Below, one piece after another: positions 48,931 to 57,482 of a DNA stretch of 64,000 nucleotides; positions within the stretch are counted from its first letter, which is position 1, and every line of letters begins with the position of its first letter. The DNA is from a virus: the IMG/VR virus record IMGVR_UViG_3300036770_005214, positions 44,123-108,122 of that record; one strand, 5' to 3'. The position numbers and the translations under genes are program-made. The notes beneath the pieces are model-generated. The model worked only from the letters and a program-made list of their open reading frames with translations. It was not told where the DNA came from and ran no database searches.

Positions 48931-49248
48931 TCAGTAGCAGGAGCTACTGCCGTAGGGTTGTGGCCCACAATGTAGCGCATCGTAGACAAGGGATTCCATG
49001 CGACGGCGGCCCGGTCCGCCCATCCCGCCGAGGTCAGCGTGGAGGAGGTAACCGTCCTCGTCGAAGGTGAAACGCTCCGGGAAGCGATCTTCCAAGAGCG
49101 AGGCCAGTTGGATGCGGCGAGCACCCAAGCGGAGGATACGCGCACGGTACGGCCCGAGGTTGCGCCCCACCGCTCGCGCACGCTGGTACTTCGACGATGC
49201 GACGTCGAGGCTGCGCAGCACCAGCATGTAGCGGTTGAACAGGGCCAT
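48931..49248 (-). CDS. Hypothetical protein
   Basis: ORF within the morphogenesis block. Confidence 0.5.
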   Translation of the reverse strand: MALFNRYMLVLRSLDVASSKYQRARAVGRNLGPYRARILRLGARRIQLASLLEDRFPERFTFDEDGYLLHADLGGMGGPGRRRMESLVYDALHCGPQPYGSSSCY

Positions 49249-49277
49249 CTGCTCTCGTTCCGTTTGCACGCGAACCC

Positions 49278-50174
49278 CTAGATAGAGCGGCCGGCGGCAC
49301 GCCGACGTCGTGACTGGTCCATGTACCAACGGGGCACCGGCATCCCGAGCACCGCTGACGGGTCGTCGTAGACCACGCTTCCATCCGGCTGACGGATCTT
49401 CGTCACCGCATGGAACAGCCGCACGCCCGAGCCGCCGCCCATCCCGGAAGCGGGGCCCTCAATCAAGCGGCAGTACACGCTGGCGTCGTGGCCAGCGTTG
49501 ATCAGTTCGCCCGCACGGTAGGCGGCGAGGCCTTCGCAGTCGTCATGCCCGCGGCGAGCGATCTCTTCGGCATCCCACCACAACTCGGGCGACCCCTCGG
49601 TCTGATACCGGATGCTCCCCGAGTACAACCGGGGGAGACCCTTCGCCTCGATCTGCTTCGCGTTGTGACGTGCGATGGCGTTGTTGATGTCGACCACCGG
49701 AGACGCCGTGGAGTCGTCGATGGTCAGCATCATGTACTCGTTGGTCCGGCCCCGGTCGCCCGGCACCCGAACCCGCTCGCCCCCCGCGAACCCCATCACG
49801 GCGCCCGAGCCCGAGACGTACACGGGGCGACCGCTCTCGAAGCCGATGCGGGCCGCCGAGTCCTCGCCATAGATGCGTTCTTCGGCAGTCCGCCACGCCG
49901 CCAGCGTGCCCGCGGTCACACAGCCATCCTTGGAGGCCGTCACCGCGTCCCGCCACACGCCGTCGGTGCAGTTCACACGGCTCGGCGCACGGGGCACACG
50001 CCCCGCCCGGATCGAGCGCATGTTCCGCTGGACAAGGCCTTCCATGACGTCCGCGAGCGCCTGCTGACCACCATGCACGTTCAGCACGACCCGCATCCCG
50101 TCCTGCCGTGGGGGCAGTGGATGGGGGTCACGCTTCAGGATGGAGCCAGTCAGGCCGATCGCGATCTCGTTCAC
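49278..50174 (-). CDS. Transglutaminase-fold cysteine enzyme (putative maturation protease) with inactive N-terminal repeat
   Basis: Triad GHDDCEGLAA (Cys), FHAV (His), YDDPS (Asp). Confidence 0.75.
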   Translation of the reverse strand: MNEIAIGLTGSILKRDPHPLPPRQDGMRVVLNVHGGQQALADVMEGLVQRNMRSIRAGRVPRAPSRVNCTDGVWRDAVTASKDGCVTAGTLAAWRTAEERIYGEDSAARIGFESGRPVYVSGSGAVMGFAGGERVRVPGDRGRTNEYMMLTIDDSTASPVVDINNAIARHNAKQIEAKGLPRLYSGSIRYQTEGSPELWWDAEEIARRGHDDCEGLAAYRAGELINAGHDASVYCRLIEGPASGMGGGSGVRLFHAVTKIRQPDGSVVYDDPSAVLGMPVPRWYMDQSRRRRAAGRSI

Positions 50175-50198
50175 GGAAACCCCCGCCCGGATGGGCTG

Positions 50199-50525
50199 TC
50201 AGTAGTGACGGCGGTGGTGGAGACGACCGACGTACATGCCCTCAGCGGCGGCGGGAGCAGCCTCCTCCGCGTTTGCTTTCGCTTCCGCGATGAGCCGGTC
50301 AGATTCCAAACGCTCCTCGGACTTCCGACGGCCCAGGACCGGGACCCCTGCTGCGGGCTTGCCCATGATCATGGGGAGGACGGTCTTGCCGGCCACAGCA
50401 CCGATGACGCCGTACAGGGCGGCGCGGGGCAGGGTGCCCTTGCCCGAGCCCTTCATCGCGTAGCTGGCACCGACACCGATGGCGGCGCCGATCAAGAGGT
50501 TCCGGTCTTTGAGCATATCCAACAT
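50199..50525 (-). CDS. Glycine-zipper membrane protein with C-terminal EGMYVG tag
   Basis: Two hydrophobic helices; AGGAG RBS. Confidence 0.65.
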   Translation of the reverse strand: MLDMLKDRNLLIGAAIGVGASYAMKGSGKGTLPRAALYGVIGAVAGKTVLPMIMGKPAAGVPVLGRRKSEERLESDRLIAEAKANAEEAAPAAAEGMYVGRLHHRRHY

Positions 50526-50562
50526 GGTCTTCTCCTAAGGGGCGGAAGGGGGTGAGAGGGGA

Positions 50563-51330
50563 CTAGAAGTAGATCTGACCGATGTAGTGGAAGCCTTCGG
50601 CTTCGGCCTCATCGCCTTCCGCAACCAACTCGTCGATTGCTGCTTGCCGACGGTCGGCGGCCATCTGAGCGAGGATGTCATCGTCGTCTTCATCGCCTTC
50701 CGCGATCAGGTCAGCGGTTCGCCGCTCTGCGAGTTGGCGCTGAGCTTCCGCTGCATCCTCTGCTGCTTTACGGGCGGCTCGCTGGGCGTTTTGGGTCTCC
50801 CGACTACCCCGTTCCTCCGCTTCACGGGCGGCCTCCAACTCTGCCGCAGCTTTGCGCTGCAACTCCTCCGCAGCCCTGAGGGCGTCTGCTGCTTTCCTCG
50901 CCTCACGAGCGGCCCGGTCGGCATCTCGTTGGGCCTCCGCAGCTTCCAGGTTCAACGCTTGGCGCGCTTGCAGTTCTTCAGCCTTGGTCAAAGCACGATT
51001 CGCACCTGCCCTGCGGATGGCCGTCACGGGGGACATCGCGGCCTTTTTGGCAGCGACCGCAGCCTTGTTCACCGCGATCGTGCGACGACGAGCGGCCTCT
51101 AGCTTGGCCTGCTTGGCGTTCTGCTCGGCGAGCGCCAACTGCTCCTGGGGCGACAGAGGGCGCTGGGGCAGGAGCATCCGGCCGGCAGCCGCCCCGATGG
51201 CGCCGAACACCGCAGCGCGGACGAGGGATCCCTTTGCAGGTCCGCCGACTGCGTAGCTGGCGACAACACCCAACGCGAGACCCGTCAGGGTGCTTGGGTT
51301 GGTCAGTCCGAGGGATTCGAGGGTGGCCAT
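50563..51330 (-). CDS. Membrane-anchored coiled-coil protein with C-terminal EGFHYIG tag
   Basis: N-terminal TM pair paralogous to the 50199 gene; long Ala/Glu/Arg coiled coil. Confidence 0.65.
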   Translation of the reverse strand: MATLESLGLTNPSTLTGLALGVVASYAVGGPAKGSLVRAAVFGAIGAAAGRMLLPQRPLSPQEQLALAEQNAKQAKLEAARRRTIAVNKAAVAAKKAAMSPVTAIRRAGANRALTKAEELQARQALNLEAAEAQRDADRAAREARKAADALRAAEELQRKAAAELEAAREAEERGSRETQNAQRAARKAAEDAAEAQRQLAERRTADLIAEGDEDDDDILAQMAADRRQAAIDELVAEGDEAEAEGFHYIGQIYF

Positions 51331-51344
51331 GATGGTTCCTGCGG

Positions 51345-51794
51345 CTAGTAGGAGGTCTGGTTCAACACGCGAGCGGCCTGCGCACGGTGCTGGGGACGGA
51401 TGTAGGACGCGAACTTGGTGGCCGTGGCGGCGACGACCGCGGCGTCATCGGCGGGGCCGGGGACGTCCACGGGGTTGACGATGTAGAGCAGGGCGCCCGC
51501 GATCGACAGCTTCGCAGCCATGGGGGTCTCGGGGTCAAGCATGACGTAGTACAGCGCGACCACTTCGTTCGAGAAGGGGACGTGACCCGCGATGGCGAGA
51601 AGCCGGGGAAGGACCCGCTGCGCCTTGCCGAGATCTTTCGTCGAGGCCGCTGGGACGGACAGACGGTCGAGCGAGGACGAGCCCCACGACGCCACCGACA
51701 GCCGCTCGGGCAGCCCGTAGAAGCCCCCAGACGCCCGCTTGCCGCGGGAGCCTACCGAGAGCCGTTCCGGGAGCCCGTAGAAGGTCGCCATCAC
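51345..51794 (-). CDS. YkvA/DUF1232-like membrane protein with N-terminal repeats
   Basis: DPETPMAAKL..GALLYIVNPVD..G.ADD. Confidence 0.7.
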   Translation of the reverse strand: MMATFYGLPERLSVGSRGKRASGGFYGLPERLSVASWGSSSLDRLSVPAASTKDLGKAQRVLPRLLAIAGHVPFSNEVVALYYVMLDPETPMAAKLSIAGALLYIVNPVDVPGPADDAAVVAATATKFASYIRPQHRAQAARVLNQTSY

Positions 51795-52252
51795 TGCACC
51801 AGCGACGCGACGAGGTAGCCCACACCAGCACCGATGGCAGCCGACTGGATCCGGCGCCCGGAGCCGCCCAGCAGGAGGCCCACCGTGGCCCCGAGCATGA
51901 CGGACGTCCCGGTGCCAATGTCCGCGATCAGCCCCTCCGACTTGGCGGCGTTGACCACCTCGGTCGGGACCACGCGGGCTGCTTCCGCCTTCTTGGCCTT
52001 GCCCTTCGCGGCCTTGGTGATCTTGGTCGGGTCCTGCTCCTCGGGAGCCGCCGGAGCCGCCGCCTTCTTCTTGCCGAAGAGCTTGCCGAGCCCCTTGCGC
52101 TCCTCGGGAGGCTTGGCCGCATCCTTCGCGGCACGAGCAGCCGCGGCCTTCGCCCCGATGCCGATCAACGGCACCAGGAAGAACACCCCGCTCTCGGGCT
52201 CTTCGATGTAGCCGACGCGCTCATACGCGACGACTTCGCCACGCCGGCCCAT
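51791..52252 (-). CDS. Putative virion membrane protein
   Basis: ERVG near the N-terminus, hydrophobic helix, C-terminal glycine zippers. Confidence 0.6.
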   Translation of the reverse strand: MGRRGEVVAYERVGYIEEPESGVFFLVPLIGIGAKAAAARAAKDAAKPPEERKGLGKLFGKKKAAAPAAPEEQDPTKITKAAKGKAKKAEAARVVPTEVVNAAKSEGLIADIGTGTSVMLGATVGLLLGGSGRRIQSAAIGAGVGYLVASLVQ

Positions 52253-52255
52253 GTT

Positions 52256-52852
52256 TCAGCGACCCCGACGGCGCGGAGCGTAGTTGGAGCCAAACTGGTC
52301 ATCGGCGTCGTAGCCGGGGTGGAACTGGTTGCCGTAGTAGGGGTCGTACTCGTCCGACTCGCCGCGGAAGGGGTCCGCGAGGCCCCAGTCGAGGTCGCCG
52401 ACGTTGCCGATGTGGACCAGCCCCTCCGCCTCGGCCTCGTCCCCGTCGAGGTCGTCATCCATGCGGCGCAGCGAGCGCGAGGCCCGCGCCGCTTCCCGGC
52501 CCATCTGGCGATAGGAGCGACGGATCTGCCGGCCGCTCGGGGCGTCCTCGGCAAGCTCACCAGCGCACTCCGCGAGGCCCGCGAGCGCCGCCTCGACGCC
52601 ATACGAACTCGGGCAGGCCCGGAGCACGTCATACATGCCCTCGATGGCCTCCACCACTTCCGCCTTGGTCGGGGCGGGCATCGGGCTGCCCTCGCCGTCT
52701 TCGTCATCGCCGAACTCGTCCATCACGGTCGACGAGAGGCGCTTCGAGGCGCCCTGCTTCGCCTGCCCGTAGGCCGGCTTGACGACCGAAGAGAACTCGG
52801 CGCCGATCCGCTTGAACAGGCCCAGCTTCCCAACTTGTCCGATGCGACGCAT
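52256..52852 (-). CDS. Putative virion protein (MRRIG and EGLVHIG tags)
   Basis: AAGGAG RBS; MRRIGQVG..; EAEAEGLVHIGNVGD. Confidence 0.6.
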   Translation of the reverse strand: MRRIGQVGKLGLFKRIGAEFSSVVKPAYGQAKQGASKRLSSTVMDEFGDDEDGEGSPMPAPTKAEVVEAIEGMYDVLRACPSSYGVEAALAGLAECAGELAEDAPSGRQIRRSYRQMGREAARASRSLRRMDDDLDGDEAEAEGLVHIGNVGDLDWGLADPFRGESDEYDPYYGNQFHPGYDADDQFGSNYAPRRRGR

Positions 52853-52862
52853 GATGGACTCC

Positions 52863-53618
52863 TTATCCGAGACAGTAGTATGCGACTTCGTAGGTGGTAG
52901 GCAGGATGCCCCCGGAAGCCGCAAGGGTGTAGCGAAGACCGGGGACAACAGCGATCCGGTCACTGCGGGGAGACGTCAACACTTCGTCGTAAACCAGCAC
53001 ACCCGCCGCATTGTACCCGCGGAGTTGTGCGCCAGGGCTGGTCGACAGGGTGACGACCTCAAACGAGGAACAGAAGGGCGGCAGGTCGAGCAGGACCTCG
53101 GCCGCCGCCGTGCTCACCGTCTGGAAGTCGCTCCAGTAGGAGAAGCCCGCCGTCGCCTCGTCGAGCCCGTAGTGAGCCGTGATCGGGAAGGCGTTGGGGT
53201 TCTCGACCTCGAAGTCGATCGAGCGCCCGAAGACGTACAGAATCGACGCGTTGCCCACCACGCCGTTGCTCAATGCCGCCTGCACGAACACCCGGCGGGT
53301 GATGACCTCGTTGCCGGACGAGGCCCGGACAAAGAAACGCAAGCCGGCCGATCCGTTCGCCGGCAGCACCGTCCCCGGGGGGATGGCGGCGGCAAGCTGA
53401 ATCTTCCAGCGGAAGATGTGGTTTGGCAGACTGCCGATGCGGAGCGCCTGCCGCGGGTTCCCCACGAATCCCGCCAGCGCGGCGACCTCTACTTGGTCGC
53501 CAATCTTGTACCCAATCAGGTCCCGGTCGAACACCTGATCGCGCGTCGTCACCGCGTAGGGTGGCGTCTGCTCAAACGGGTTCTGGTGCCAGTTGGCAAG
53601 GTTGCGGGGGAAAGCCAT
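52863..53618 (-). CDS. Beta-rich putative minor capsid/penton protein
   Basis: All-beta pattern, directly downstream of the capsid candidate. Confidence 0.5.
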   Translation of the reverse strand: MAFPRNLANWHQNPFEQTPPYAVTTRDQVFDRDLIGYKIGDQVEVAALAGFVGNPRQALRIGSLPNHIFRWKIQLAAAIPPGTVLPANGSAGLRFFVRASSGNEVITRRVFVQAALSNGVVGNASILYVFGRSIDFEVENPNAFPITAHYGLDEATAGFSYWSDFQTVSTAAAEVLLDLPPFCSSFEVVTLSTSPGAQLRGYNAAGVLVYDEVLTSPRSDRIAVVPGLRYTLAASGGILPTTYEVAYYCLG

Positions 53619-53669
53619 GTGGGTAGAGCCTCAAGGGCCGATAGATCAGAACAGACAGAGGGAGGTAAG

Positions 53670-53711
53670 AAAAAAAGCGGCCGAGCACCCCGTTCGGGAC
53701 ACTCGGCCGCT
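53670..53711 (-). terminator. Rho-independent terminator after the capsid candidate
   Basis: Minus strand AGCGGCCGAG..CTCGGCCGCT followed by a T-run (A7 on plus). Confidence 0.85.
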
Positions 53712-53761
53712 AGTCAGCCCGGCGGATGGGGAAGTCCCCCGGTCAACGGGCCGAGGGTCGA

Positions 53762-54445
53762 TCAGCCGCCGACGCCGGACAGCGCGAGCGCCGCGTCGAT
53801 GAGCACCTTCTCAAGCGCCTGCTGCGCCATGTAGGGCGAAAGCTCGTCACCGATCAGACCGCCAGAGACCGTGTGGCCCGAGCCAGCGTCGATGTTCTGG
53901 AGGTTGATACGGAACTGCTGACCGACGTTGATCGGACGGCGGCCGATGACCTGCATGAAGCGCGTAGAATCACGGCTCCAGAGGGACAGCGGGATGCCCT
54001 GCGACCCGACGTTGACCGGCAACCCGGCGACCGTGATACCGGTCACGAGGATGCTGGCCGGATCGTCCGAGTCGAGGATGACCGACTTGGCCCAGAAGGT
54101 ACGGTTCAGGGTGTCGTTCAGGTTGCCGGTGCCGCCCGCCGCGATGGTGGTGGACCCGAGGCCGTCAAACTGGTTCTCTTGGACCAGATTGGCAGCGCCC
54201 GCGAGCCGGTAGGACTCGACGAGGTTCGCGCGAGCCGGGGGCATCTCGAAGTCGACGTCCGACTCGTCAGCTTCGGCCAGCATCGCCTCGTACTTCGCAG
54301 CGCGACCGCGAGCGCGGGCGGCACGGCGAGCGAGACGGCCAGCGCGGCGGGGGCCGTACGCGGCGCCCGAGTCAACGTCGCCCACGCCGGAATCGGCGAA
54401 GACTTCGCCAGTGGCGGTGTCGATGTAAGCGTTCATCAGGGACAT
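53762..54445 (-). CDS. Putative single-jelly-roll major capsid protein
   Basis: Basic N-arm (RRAGRLARRAARARGR) plus about 110-aa eight-strand-like domain (FWAKSVIL, ILVTGITVAG, GIPLSLW, VGQQFRINLQN, VSGGLIG); own structured leader and strong terminator. Confidence 0.6.
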   Translation of the reverse strand: MSLMNAYIDTATGEVFADSGVGDVDSGAAYGPRRAGRLARRAARARGRAAKYEAMLAEADESDVDFEMPPARANLVESYRLAGAANLVQENQFDGLGSTTIAAGGTGNLNDTLNRTFWAKSVILDSDDPASILVTGITVAGLPVNVGSQGIPLSLWSRDSTRFMQVIGRRPINVGQQFRINLQNIDAGSGHTVSGGLIGDELSPYMAQQALEKVLIDAALALSGVGG

Positions 54446-54501
54446 GGTGTCCTCACAGGTGTTTGGAAGTTGAAGGAATCACGCAGTCACGCACGCAGAA
54501 G

Positions 54502-54590
54502 ATGGGCCGGGTAGCTAGGAGACCAGTTGTTTTGGAAGGATGGAACCGGGATGGCCCGATTGCACTGGACGACGGGCTACCCAAGCCCAT
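54502..54590 (-). other. Structured RNA element upstream of the capsid candidate
   Basis: Nested stems ATGGGC/GCCCAT, GGGTAGC/GCTACCC, CCAGT/ACTGG, AATCGGG/CCCGGTT. Confidence 0.5.
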
Positions 54591-54598
54591 GAGACCCG

Positions 54599-55405
54599 TC
54601 AGCGTCCGCGACCGCCGCGGAAACGGGGGAGGACGCGAACGGGAGCCAAGGGACGGCGGCGGGGCACGAGCACCGGAGCGGCCGGACCGCGGCGCACGAC
54701 AACGGACGGGGCGTCGTCATCGTCAACGGCGTCGCGCAGAAGCTCCTGCGCCTCCTCTTCCAGGTTCTTCTTCTTCAGCCGGCCTTCGAGACGAGCGACG
54801 CGCTTGTCCTTGCCCTTGGCCTTCGCCTTCAAGATCTTGGCCTGGATGCGGGCCGCGCGCTTCTCGTCCTTGTCCACGTCGTCACCGCCGACGTCGACAG
54901 TGCCGATGTGGATCAGGCCTTCGCTGTCCATGCCGTCCACGTCCATCCCGTCCACATCGCCCACGTCGATGTAGCCGGCCTCGTAGCCAGCCGCGGAGGC
55001 CGCGGGGATCAGCTTCGAGCTACGGGCGAAGGACAGACCAGCCGGGACGATCATGCCGATCGCCGCGTTCTGGAGCAGGTGCCGGTAGTTGGTCAGCGCC
55101 TTGGTCTGGCCAGCGATCAGGGTCGCCGCCGCGCCGACGATGCCGAGCGGAAGGGTCAGACCGGTAGCCTGCTCGTACTTGCCCTGGAACTTGCTCTCCA
55201 GGGTCGCGGCGGTCGCCGCACCAGCCACCACAGCCAGCGCGTTCTTGGCGGTGCTCATGGTGAAGGCGCCGGCGAGGCGCGACATGCCCTTGCGGCTCTT
55301 GCGGCTCTTACGGCTCTTGCGACCGCTCTTGCGGCTGCCCTTGCCCCGCTTGTTGCTCTTCCGGCTCTTACCGCCGCCAAACGAACTCGGCATGGGGAGA
55401 CTCAT
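54599..55405 (-). CDS. Putative major virion membrane protein
   Basis: Basic (SRK)n N-terminus, about three hydrophobic helices, VGDVD and EGLIHIG tags, basic C-terminus. Confidence 0.65.
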   Translation of the reverse strand: MSLPMPSSFGGGKSRKSNKRGKGSRKSGRKSRKSRKSRKGMSRLAGAFTMSTAKNALAVVAGAATAATLESKFQGKYEQATGLTLPLGIVGAAATLIAGQTKALTNYRHLLQNAAIGMIVPAGLSFARSSKLIPAASAAGYEAGYIDVGDVDGMDVDGMDSEGLIHIGTVDVGGDDVDKDEKRAARIQAKILKAKAKGKDKRVARLEGRLKKKNLEEEAQELLRDAVDDDDAPSVVVRRGPAAPVLVPRRRPLAPVRVLPRFRGGRGR

Positions 55406-55508
55406 CGAAACCTCCGACGTGGTACGGCTACCACGAGAATCAGGTGAAAGCAGAACTGTAGTCGCTCAAAAGGGGTATGCTCTCGCATCGCCCCGGTTCC
55501 CTGACGGT

Positions 55509-57371
55509 CTACTTCCGCCAGAACTCGTCAGGACCTTGGGTCCACGCGGGGGGGATACGCTTCACACGAGGCGTCGCGTCCCACTTGCGCGGAGACTTCT
55601 CCAACCAAGCAGAATCCCCGTCCGACCAGAACCCGCCGATGCTCGCGTTCGTGCCGTAGCTACGGTAGCCGCCCGGCGCGAACATGGAGGGAGGAGGGGC
55701 ACCAAAGGAAGGCATCGGCCCCGCGTAGGACATCGGGGGCTGCGGCGGCATCGGATACTGCGGCATCTGGGGCTGCGGCATCGGATAGCCGTAGGGCTGC
55801 GGCTGCGGATACGGCTGGGGCTGCTGCTGTTGGCGACGACGCCCGCCACCGCCGCCACGTCCCTGGCCGCCGAAGGCCCGACCGGGCAGCGGGACCGCGG
55901 AGAGGCCCCGGCGCTGCAACTTCTCGGCAAGCTCCCGCTCCTCTTTCTCATCCTTGAGGCGCTGGACAAGCGCCTGCATCCCGGGACGGTCTTGGACTTC
56001 AAGGCCCGCCTGCCGACGCGACTGCCGCTGCGCCTTCAGCGCCTTCAAGCGGGACGCGAGGCCCCCGCGACCACCACGCCCGGAGACCATCGCACCCGTG
56101 TAGAACCCGGTCGCCTTGGCTTCCGCTTCGGCCTTCCAGGGGGTGTAGTCCTCGCCGTCGGAAAGCTCCTTGAACTTCGCGCGGAGCTTCTGGAGCTTGG
56201 CCCAGGTCTTCTCAAGCTGTTTCTTCACCTTCTCGGGGTTGTCCTTCGAGAACGTGCCCTTCAACTTCTCGAAGATGTTGCCGACGTTCGGGGCGACGAT
56301 GCCGAAGCACCCATCCCCCATCGGAACCACCTCGCCTCCCTCGATCTCCCCGGTGAGCACGCCCACGAGGACCGACATCGCCGCGATGCCCGCTGCGTTG
56401 TAGCCCACGCCCGCCGTCGTCGGCTCCGCGGTGAAGGTGTAGACGATCTGGCTGTCCGACACGACAGCCGCCGTGTAGTAGATGCCTTCACCGCCCGCGA
56501 GGTTCTTCGCAAGCTCGGAGAGTTCGGAGCGGACAGTGGCGGTCAGCGGACCATTGATGGTGACGGTCGCGGCTTCAACGTCCACACTGTCTGCCATTCC
56601 CTTGCCAGCGACGCGCTTCCCAAACTTTGCGGCGATCTTGAGCGCCTTCTCTTGGCGCTTGGCCAGCTTCTTCTGGTACTCGGACTGGAACGTCTGGACT
56701 TCACCGACGCCACCAGCGCCCCACTGCATCGGGCCCGCGTCGCCGTAGCGGGGAGCGAGCGCGAACTTGCCCCAGAAGGAGGGCTCGCGGCTGTAGCAAC
56801 CGGTCCACAGGTCGTAGCCGGTCTCGGGCGAGCAGCAGTACAGGCCGGGCCACGCTTCGGAAGCGGCCTCGCACATGTTGTACTGCGGCAGATCAAGGTA
56901 GCTGTTGAAGTTGAAGTCGGTGTCGCCGACGAGCGCACCGACCGGGCGCACATCGTAGGCGCTCGCGGCTTCTTCGCGGTTCCAGGGGTCGTCCATCGAG
57001 ATGGAGGGCGAGTAGGAGAGGGTGTCATCCCCCGCGCCGTACTTCCAGTAGTCGCGACGCTCGCGCAACGCGCCGACGCTCGCCAAGCCTTCCGCCCGGG
57101 GGTTCCACTGATACAGCGGCATCCGGTCGGTGAAGTACGACTGGTGGTCCATCGCGTGATCGGCCTTGTGCCACGCAGAGTCCCAGTAGTCGTAGTCGTC
57201 GTCCGCAGTCCACGGCGAGAAGTTGTTGAGGTGGCCCACAATGGCGCCGAGGATGCCTGAAGCAGTCGTCGGGCACTGGATGACCATCGCGTGCTCGTCG
57301 CCGACGGGTCCGCTGCAACGCTCGTTCTCGCGCTCACCGACCAGCCGACCGATCGCGATGCTCTCGAACAT
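55509..57371 (-). CDS. Putative virion polyprotein punctuated by VG motifs
   Basis: GGAGG RBS; ten VG dipeptides separating compositionally distinct segments. Confidence 0.6.
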   Translation of the reverse strand: MFESIAIGRLVGERENERCSGPVGDEHAMVIQCPTTASGILGAIVGHLNNFSPWTADDDYDYWDSAWHKADHAMDHQSYFTDRMPLYQWNPRAEGLASVGALRERRDYWKYGAGDDTLSYSPSISMDDPWNREEAASAYDVRPVGALVGDTDFNFNSYLDLPQYNMCEAASEAWPGLYCCSPETGYDLWTGCYSREPSFWGKFALAPRYGDAGPMQWGAGGVGEVQTFQSEYQKKLAKRQEKALKIAAKFGKRVAGKGMADSVDVEAATVTINGPLTATVRSELSELAKNLAGGEGIYYTAAVVSDSQIVYTFTAEPTTAGVGYNAAGIAAMSVLVGVLTGEIEGGEVVPMGDGCFGIVAPNVGNIFEKLKGTFSKDNPEKVKKQLEKTWAKLQKLRAKFKELSDGEDYTPWKAEAEAKATGFYTGAMVSGRGGRGGLASRLKALKAQRQSRRQAGLEVQDRPGMQALVQRLKDEKEERELAEKLQRRGLSAVPLPGRAFGGQGRGGGGGRRRQQQQPQPYPQPQPYGYPMPQPQMPQYPMPPQPPMSYAGPMPSFGAPPPSMFAPGGYRSYGTNASIGGFWSDGDSAWLEKSPRKWDATPRVKRIPPAWTQGPDEFWRK

Positions 57372-57452
57372 GAAGACCTCCGACGCGGATGGTAACAGAT
57401 GCGTCGGAGGGGTCACACGCTCAAAGGGGGTCTACTCCCTCACTTTCTCGCG

Positions 57453-57474
57453 GAAGGGGTATGTATACCCCTTC
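57453..57474. promoter_or_regulatory. Palindromic operator-like site GAAGGGGTAT-GT-ATACCCCTTC
   Basis: Perfect 10-bp inverted repeat; half-sites recur in other intergenic regions. Confidence 0.65.
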
Positions 57475-57482
57475 GATTGTCG

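Noticed and set aside
50563-51330. Tail tape-measure or TolA call for the Ala-rich coiled coil
   Set aside because: Too short, no tail gene context, and similarity would be compositional only
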